64,000 bases of DNA from contig NC_043001.1 of assembly GCF_006345805.1 (NCBI RefSeq), forward strand, positions 110,980,001-111,044,000, given 5' to 3'. A model generated the notes under the pieces. That model did not search any database. It was not told where the DNA came from and saw only the letters and a list, made by a program, of their open reading frames with translations. Shown piece by piece: positions 56,502 to 64,000 of the stretch. Position 1 is the first letter of the stretch, and each line of letters opens with the position of its first letter. This stretch comes from Octopus sinensis (Eukaryota). Made by a program: the position numbers and the translations under genes.

Positions 56502-56539
56502 CTGTCCGATGAACGGGAACGTGAAACTCTGAGTAACCG
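56502..56539 (+). ncRNA. HHR-like motif, family H1 (core CCGATGA)
   Basis: ctgt-CCGATGA-acg(ggaa)cgt-GAAA-ctc(t)gag-TA-accg. Stem I imperfect. Confidence 0.62.
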
Positions 56540-56572
56540 TTTTTGCGATATGTCTGCTGCTTTTAAATAAGG

Positions 56573-56687
<115 letters not shown>

Positions 56688-56689
56688 TA

Positions 56690-56725
<36 letters not shown>

Positions 56726-57148
56726 CAGAAATATATATATGTATGTGTGTGTGTGTATAAAGAGTTTGATTCAGTCTCCGTGCTACTTCAAATTCCACAC
56801 GCCATTATCGATGTCTGTCTTTTTCAGGCTTCTGTAATGAAGATGTCCAGGAAGTTCAAGAAGGCTACCGGAAGATAGACTGCCATAGGTCAAGGAGGGT
56901 GACATGATTTTACAGCGAATAATATCATTTGGTACTAGTGTGTATATATGTGTGTTTCTGCGTGGGTGTGTGTGTATGTATACTCACGTGCATATGCATA
57001 TACAAGGAGTGTGCATAAGTGAATGTGGATATGTTATTTAGATTTGGATATGCGTGTGTATGTATGCATATATTTGTGTTTGCGCGTGTATTAGTTGCTG
57101 CTTGCTGGGTGTTGGCTGTTAGTATACTGGTTGGCCTTGTGTTGATAT

Positions 57149-57330
57149 ATCTTCTTTTCTACTCAAGGAACAAGGTCCTACATTTTTGGGAAAGGTGCCA
57201 GTCAATCAGATCGACACCAGTACGCAACTGGTACTTAATTTATCGACACCGAAAGCGGAATTTGAACTCAGAAGGTAAAGACAGACGAAATACCTATTTC
57301 TTTATTACCCACAATGGGCTAAACACAGAG
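57149..57330 (-). mobile_element. SINE-A composite (tail Y end fused to a partial tail-X copy)
   Basis: The reverse complement reads ..taataaagaaatag|gtatttcgtctgtc..ttgagtagaaaagaagat. Confidence 0.82.
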
Positions 57331-57333
57331 ACG

Positions 57334-57377
<44 letters not shown>

Positions 57378-57471
57378 TATGTGTGTGTGTGTGTATGTGT
57401 GTGTGTGTGTATGTGTGTGTGTGTGTGTATGCATATATGGATACGTATATATACATACATACATTTATACG

Positions 57472-57503
<32 letters not shown>

Positions 57504-57533
57504 TATTATATATACATATATATATATATATAC

Positions 57534-57578
<45 letters not shown>

Positions 57579-59659
57579 AATGAATTAAAGGTATTGCTAT
57601 GCTACTTCGTGATAATCATTGTTATACACACGCACACACATACACACGCACACACATACACACGCACACACCCACACAGACACACCAACAAATGACTAAG
57701 GGTGCAAATTAGCACCATCATTGTTAGAAAGAAGAGCATCTCTTAGCCACGCGTAAACAGATATTTATTGACAGACATCTGCACCAAGCGAGGAGTTTCA
57801 AATCACTGATGATATTGGATTAAGTTAATCCTCATAAGTGACCAAATAATTTCTATGGTATTTTCCACAAGGAGAATTCCATTCAACCCTGGGTAACGAA
57901 ATAGGTGTCATTGATGAAGATTAACTCATTCTGAAATCATCGATGATATGGTTAAATTTAAACATATACCGAAGACATATACGTACATAGATATATACAT
58001 ACAAGTTAAAAATTTAACATTTACGGAATGCGCTTGTTTCTAATAGTATACCGATAAAGTATTTTCACTGCAGGCGCCATCCACGGTAATTGCACAATCG
58101 TCGCTGGATCTATCTCAGGAATTGCTCAGCGTACGTTGAATATAACAGAAGCGATCGAAACGGTAAATGGATCCATTTTTTGTCTTCATCGTATGTGTTC
58201 CACACACACACATGAATGGATGTATTCCATATCATCCACATGATATTTTCAGTATCGTCATCACGAAACATACATCTAGATATATGTATGATCATAAAGA
58301 ACGATAACCATTGATGCCCCATTAATGTCCCAACGTTTAGCTTAAAAATATGAAAAATATATATCAGGGAATGAATACATTTTGAAAATATTATGTATAT
58401 ACACACATAAACACGTACACGAATATATTTATTCATATATAGTGAAATTGTAGAAATAGTACAAAGGCCAAATACATTGTAACAAGCAAAAAATCGATTG
58501 GTATAAAACAAAAGTTATTAGAGAAATAACCTGAAAAGAGTGATTCGAATAAATGCGAAATGAAGGTTGCATATAGAATAACAGAAAATGAATAGTTCGA
58601 TATGCTTAGAAACTTGCATGACAAATATATCGAATTTAGACAAAGAATAAATTATGCAAAATAAACGTGATTTGACACAATATACACTAAAAATTTGGCA
58701 TTAACACACGGTTGCAATTGAATTTAAAGGAACATTGTTACACTTTAACTATTTGGAATTCTTGGCACATTAATGCGAGTTAAGAATTGAAACTAGTTGG
58801 CACATTTATATACATTAGGAACTGAATTTACCCTGTAATTAAATTCTCTAGCCAATAGTGTATAGTCATAAAATATATTTTTGTTTTACTGGTGATGTGA
58901 CAAAGACCCTTTGCATCTTATATATCTGATATGTTTTTCCTATTGTAATCGATTGTAATATTTCCAGTACCCTGATTTAGAACTCTCCCCAGCCCCACCT
59001 CCCAAAAAACGATTTTTTTTTCGTTCAGCAAATCTACAAAATCAGCAATCTACAAAATTTAAATTGAACATCGGGTACTTCAAGTAATTTTTACCTGTAT
59101 ATTGTTTGAATCAATCACATATTCTAGGACCAGTATGTAGACATAAATGCTAGCAAAACAGAGAAGCAAATAAGGTTAGTTGCACTTAAGATACAGGGAG
59201 GAAAATATTTCCTATGCAGAACTAAATAAAACTGAAATGCATCTTCACTAGATATTTGAAAAGTTAAATAGTTTGGAAAAAGAAGGTAGGTCGAAACATC
59301 AACAAAGAGTGTCATTTGTATATTTTTCTTTAGTGAGAAGGCTCAGAATGTCCATTCACTAACTATTAGAATAACAACAGAGCGTCTACATCACTGGACT
59401 CTGGTTGAAAAATATTTTGTATTTTCTGTGTATAAGCCCGTCATCTGAAGACCAAAAGATAACACAGAATACGCCACACTGTACATACCTGCATATATGT
59501 ATACGTGTGTGTGTGTGTGTGTGTCTAGGATTGTGGAATAATTCATGAGCGTTTTTTATTAAATCTAAAACTCCACGCATAAGTAAAATGCATTGGCAAA
59601 ATATTTTATGTTACTTAAAAGAGAGAGTTTTGGTCTATATAATAGTGTGTTTTGATTTT

Positions 59660-60225
59660 TTAAGTTTATTGATTTTTGTGTATTTTCAGATCATGAAAAT
59701 GGAATTTTAACAGAGCATTTTCGACACCATTTACTTTTTGCATTTATTCGAAGTGTTAAGCGCGCCTAAGTTGCTCGTGAAATGTGTGCTGTGTATGGAG
59801 AAAGATCAATGCATCAACGAACCGCCCGCCGTTGAGAATTTTGACCTCAAGGCCGGATCACACACCTCTCGACCATTTGAGTTCGAAGAAGAGCAATTCT
59901 ATCAACTTCTTCATGATAATCCACGTGAAACGACCAGGGAATGGGCGGAGCAGACGGACTGTGACTTGAAAAAATGACACTGTGGTGAACCGCCAGCACT
60001 CACAGGGCAAATGTCAAAAACACATCGCTTGGGTGCCACGCATTTCGAGCAAAAACAACTAAAATCAACGCTTTACAATCGCTGCCAGTTTGCTCGCTCA
60101 ACAACGCTCGTTCCCATGGTCACAAAAAGCGTTTTCTTTATCTCATTGTTAATGGCGGTAAAATAGTGTGCATTTACTTCTATACCAAGCGGCGAAAAGG
60201 ATGGCTCAGCCTCGACAATCAATGA
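59660..60225 (+). mobile_element. Mariner remnant (transposase N-terminal half)
   Basis: EHFRHHLLFAF; VAREMCAVYGE; ENFDLK..SRPFEF; HDNPRETTREWAEQ; AWVPR; RFLYLIVNG. Confidence 0.88.
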
Positions 60226-60234
60226 TACTGTGAA

Positions 60235-60320
60235 GGTTTGAAATCAGAACATACGGACAGACGAAACGCCAGTAAGCATGTTGCCCCGCATGTTAATTGT
60301 TCTGTCATATCGCCGCCTTG
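60235..60320 (-). mobile_element. SINE-A head fragment
   Basis: tttgaaatcagaac..gacagacgaaac..aagcatgttgccc..tcgccgcc. Confidence 0.65.
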
Positions 60321-61689
60321 CATTTGAGGAAAACATTAATATACATTATCGTAGTAGAGTGATTTGTGCGAACAATCAGAAATTTCACGAGGAAATTTTA
60401 GTCGCGAACCGTAATAGCATAGATAAAACTAAGTGGAAGATATTTTTGTGTACCCTTCAAGAAAAAAAATAACAGCAATTATTTTAACAGTTTTAAAAGT
60501 TAAGAGAGAAAAACTTGACATGAATGGGTGACATTAGAATATTTAAATGAGAAACAGTAAATTTTATTGCATAGCAGCATGTATCGTGAACAAACTTTCT
60601 TTCGTAAAGGGTACGTTGTACAATACTTGTGTGATAAAGCAGTGATAAGTTGTTGAGTGGTATTGTTCTTACCCACATGCTATTCCATTGAAAGACGTAA
60701 TATGAGAAAACAAATGTTCTCACATTCCCTGTTTTTATCAGTTCGCTAAATGAAAGTGAATATAAATGAACTACCTAATTTATGCATTGGATTTTCTGTA
60801 ACTATACCCACATTAGCAGAAATTTAATTATACTAATCATTCTTCGAACTGCTGGAAAACATAAATGGAAAAATTGCACATCCTCTCTCAAACTGACTCC
60901 ATTCACAAATGAGTGTATTCGCTTGAACAAAAGTCCACATTGCAATGTTTATTAATACATAAGAACAGCCTATAAAATACTCTGACGCTCAATCCATTCC
61001 GATTTAATTTCGTTTTAATGTGTGCTAAAATTATGTCACAGAGATAACAGAAATTTAGCAAATCGTATACGTATATAACATACATTAGGAATACACATAT
61101 ATAATAACAGTCCCTTCGTTGATATAGTAAGGTAAACCAACGATAAATTAACTTACCTGCTCACTGATAGATACTTATTTTGTAAATAGCACTTAAGAAG
61201 GCAGGATATAAATATGCAATTAAGTATAACAAATACGACAACACTAGTATAAATCATATTAAACATAATTTGAAAAATGATAAAGTTAACATTAGTGTAT
61301 CTAATACATATAATGAAATAGCATATCCTAATAAACAAAAGATGAAAGCTACCTATAATAGTCATCAACAGTAAACACGACCATCCTTATTATAATAACA
61401 ATACAAAACAACTAAAGAATTACGAGCAGCACAACAGAAATAAAACTCACAAAAAGAATATAAATCTTAATAATAGCCACCTTCGTAACTACACTTATGT
61501 AAACAAACCTAAAAATACTGCCAACCTTAACGTAACTGTACAATTAAAGATAAAAATAGAAACATTCAGGCAACAAACAGAAGAAAAAAACAGGAATAAT
61601 CAAAATATGACAATTTACTCTAATGATATGAATAACAATAATACGGATAGGAACAACATAGTAAAGAAGAAATCTATACTGTGTATGAG

Positions 61690-62176
61690 AAAAACTGACT
61701 CTCCGAATACAATCCAATTCTTTACCAAAGCAGACCAACGAGAAAATCATTTGAATAATAATTCCCTTTGTAAAACACCTAAAAGCGAACTTCATTAGAT
61801 CCATCACAATGATTATTAGTAAAAACTTCAAACGCACTAAATGCGCCAAAATATTTAATAATAAACGTATTAGATTTAGATTTTCGGTTCCTTCAAAAAG
61901 TTTTAGGATAATATTTCCATTTAACCATAAGAAACTAGATCAATTCTATCAAAGCAAAATTACTACAACTGAACCTAAAACTCTAATAATATTATTTAAA
62001 AAATCGAATAATCCTGCAATTAAAAATATCAATAGTAGTACTTATGGCACTACTACACCACCCAAGAATACAAATTGCAGAGACCCTAATGTAAATTAGA
62101 AAGAAATTGTAAAAAGAAATACAGTGTGTACCAGGCAACAATTATAATGCAGGACTCACCGATATATAGAAGCTAC

Positions 62177-62229
<53 letters not shown>

Positions 62230-62850
62230 TCTGTATCTTCTAAGTCCTCTAGCTACACCTTGGAAATAAAAGACAAAATAAATCAACTATACTTTAGAAT
62301 GGCATATTCTAGCAGAAAACTTCGTCTTAAACCATTAACAATAAGCGCTGTGAGCTTTGTATAACAGAAAAACTACTAATTTTAATGGCCAAATCACCTC
62401 TACTCAATAAAAGTTATGAAAAGGATTTACTTTGTTTGCATAAAGGCTAATTCGTATTCTCTAAGTTTCGTTAAAACCACTCATTCCTGTATACACCACT
62501 GTCTCCTAGCTTAAATGTTATTAGCAGACCTACTTATCAGTATATTACCTCCCCTAAACCTTCCCTAACCTAATTAGCTTACGCATATCCAACCCACATT
62601 ATCAATAAATATTAATAAGACTAATCTACTTTCTACGCTAGTCTACTTCTTTCCTATTATTCTTTTCAGTCAAGAACTACCTACTCTTTTCACACGTTAT
62701 ATTACCCCTCTTCTATCTTTTTTCTGCTCTTATACTCTTTCTTGTAATATTAATGAATACGTGTGTGTAACATAATTACTACATGTGCATGTACTTTTCT
62801 AATACTTTCTAATACTTTTGAATAAATAGACACATTGGAATGTCTACCAG
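61690..62850 (+). mobile_element. Decayed PLE remnant (RT thumb plus GIY-YIG, same type as 30150)
   Basis: IISKNFKRTKCAKIFNNKRI..NHKKL; TNCRDPN; WHILAE; NNKRCELCITEKLLIL..LLNK. (TA)n expansion inside at 62178-62230. Confidence 0.78.
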
Positions 62851-62884
62851 CTGATGTAATACGTATATATATATAAAATATATG

Positions 62885-63668
62885 TAGTTGAAATTTACAG
62901 AAAAGCAAAAGACGAAGACAGGTGTGTAAGCAACAAACAGGTGTATTAGTTTAGCCTTCGGGAATGTGAGAAAGTCTTTTACGTTTCGAGCCTATGCTCT
63001 TAAACAGAAAGGGACACGTAGAAATAGAGTGAGAATAACAAACTTTCGGAGATAGCTGTCGATCATGGTGGCTACACACACACACGCACACACACACACA
63101 AATATATACATATTTTCTCCTCTCCTTCCTTCTCCCCCCTCCCCTTCCCCCTCCTCTTCTCCCCTTTCTTTCTCCCCCTCACCCCTCCCATCTCACCCTT
63201 ACCTCCCCTCCCCTCTTCTCCTCTCTCTACACTACACCATACGACTTTACACATCACATCATATATACATACACACTAATACTCTCTCATACACACACAC
63301 ACACACACACACACTCTTCTCATACACACACTCTTATGTTTGAGCGGGGGTCATTCAACCCTATTATCTCCCCTAATTTCGCTCTTGCGTCTCATGTTTG
63401 ATCTTTGACTTCTGGCCGAAATCAGATCGCCATGTTGATTGGCTAGCTTCTGCACGCATTTTTTTCCCTCCTTGTTTCTTTCCGTGTTTCTTTTCTGTGT
63501 ATCTTTCTGTTGAAGAGCGTAGGCTCGAAACGTTAAAGACTTGTTTCATTTATATTTCCTGAGCGCCATACTAATACAATTGTTTGTTTGTATTCCACCT
63601 GCCTTCGTTTTTTGTTTATTTCCGTAAACCTGCCTTCGTCTTTTGTCTATTTTCATAAAGCTTACCGT
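62885..63668. mobile_element. Second back-to-back inverted pair of family-H2 HHR modules
   Basis: Minus arm motif 62975-63010 (CTGTTTA core). Plus arm motif 63502-63539 (tcttt-CTGTTGA-agagc gtag gctc-GAAA-cgt-t-aaaga). CA/CT-rich spacer; TA tracts outside. Confidence 0.8.
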
Positions 63669-63671
63669 TAT

Positions 63672-63728
<57 letters not shown>

Positions 63729-63749
63729 GCATGTATATATTCTTTTTCT

Positions 63750-63942
63750 TCTTTCAGTTAACCGATGTGGGTATTCTGGAGCTCCACTTTGACGCGTTTT
63801 AGACGAACAAATCGACCGCAGGCCTTATTTTTTAAGATTAGTGCTAATTCTGACAGTGTTTTTTTGCTGAATCGCTAAGTTACGGGGATGTGTACACACA
63901 AACATCGCTTGTCAAGCGGTGACGGGGGACACAGAGACAAAT
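63750..63942 (-). mobile_element. Diverged SINE family B, 3' half
   Basis: aaatcgacc..gctaagttacgggga..gcttgtcaagcggtg..gggggacacagagac. Confidence 0.75.
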
Positions 63943-64000
63943 ATATTTACATATACGTGTGTGTGTGTGTGTTTTTTTTTTAGACATATAGGAATAGAAA

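Noticed and set aside
59395-59460. Degenerate minus-strand HHR-like string (CAGATGA..GAAA)
   Set aside because: The core is mutated and stems do not pair convincingly.

Overview
This is eukaryotic, very AT-rich, microsatellite-saturated DNA. The repeat families and the (TA)n/(CA)n density strongly resemble an Octopus (coleoid cephalopod) genome; that is my recollection, not a database match. No intact long protein-coding gene is visible, and almost all ORFs in the supplied track are microsatellite artefacts. The window is a layered transposon landscape: four decayed mariner elements (one full-length with TIRs and TA duplication, nested in an R4/Dong-like LINE), a Gypsy integrase remnant, a near-full-length Penelope-like element (PLE; RT plus GIY-YIG) bracketed by ~415-bp inverted repeats, two further PLE remnants, and about 20 copies of three tRNA-derived SINE families. 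The most striking unannotated signal is 11 type-I hammerhead-ribozyme (HHR) or HHR-like motifs in at least five sequence families. Most sit in short PLE-end-like modules next to (TA)n tracts. Two families carry recurrent non-canonical catalytic cores, and one occurs twice as back-to-back inverted pairs. Three short exon candidates on the + strand (including a 15-nt microexon) suggest the window lies within a large-intron transcript. All structures and alignments were read by eye; coordinates without TSD, TIR or splice anchors are approximate.
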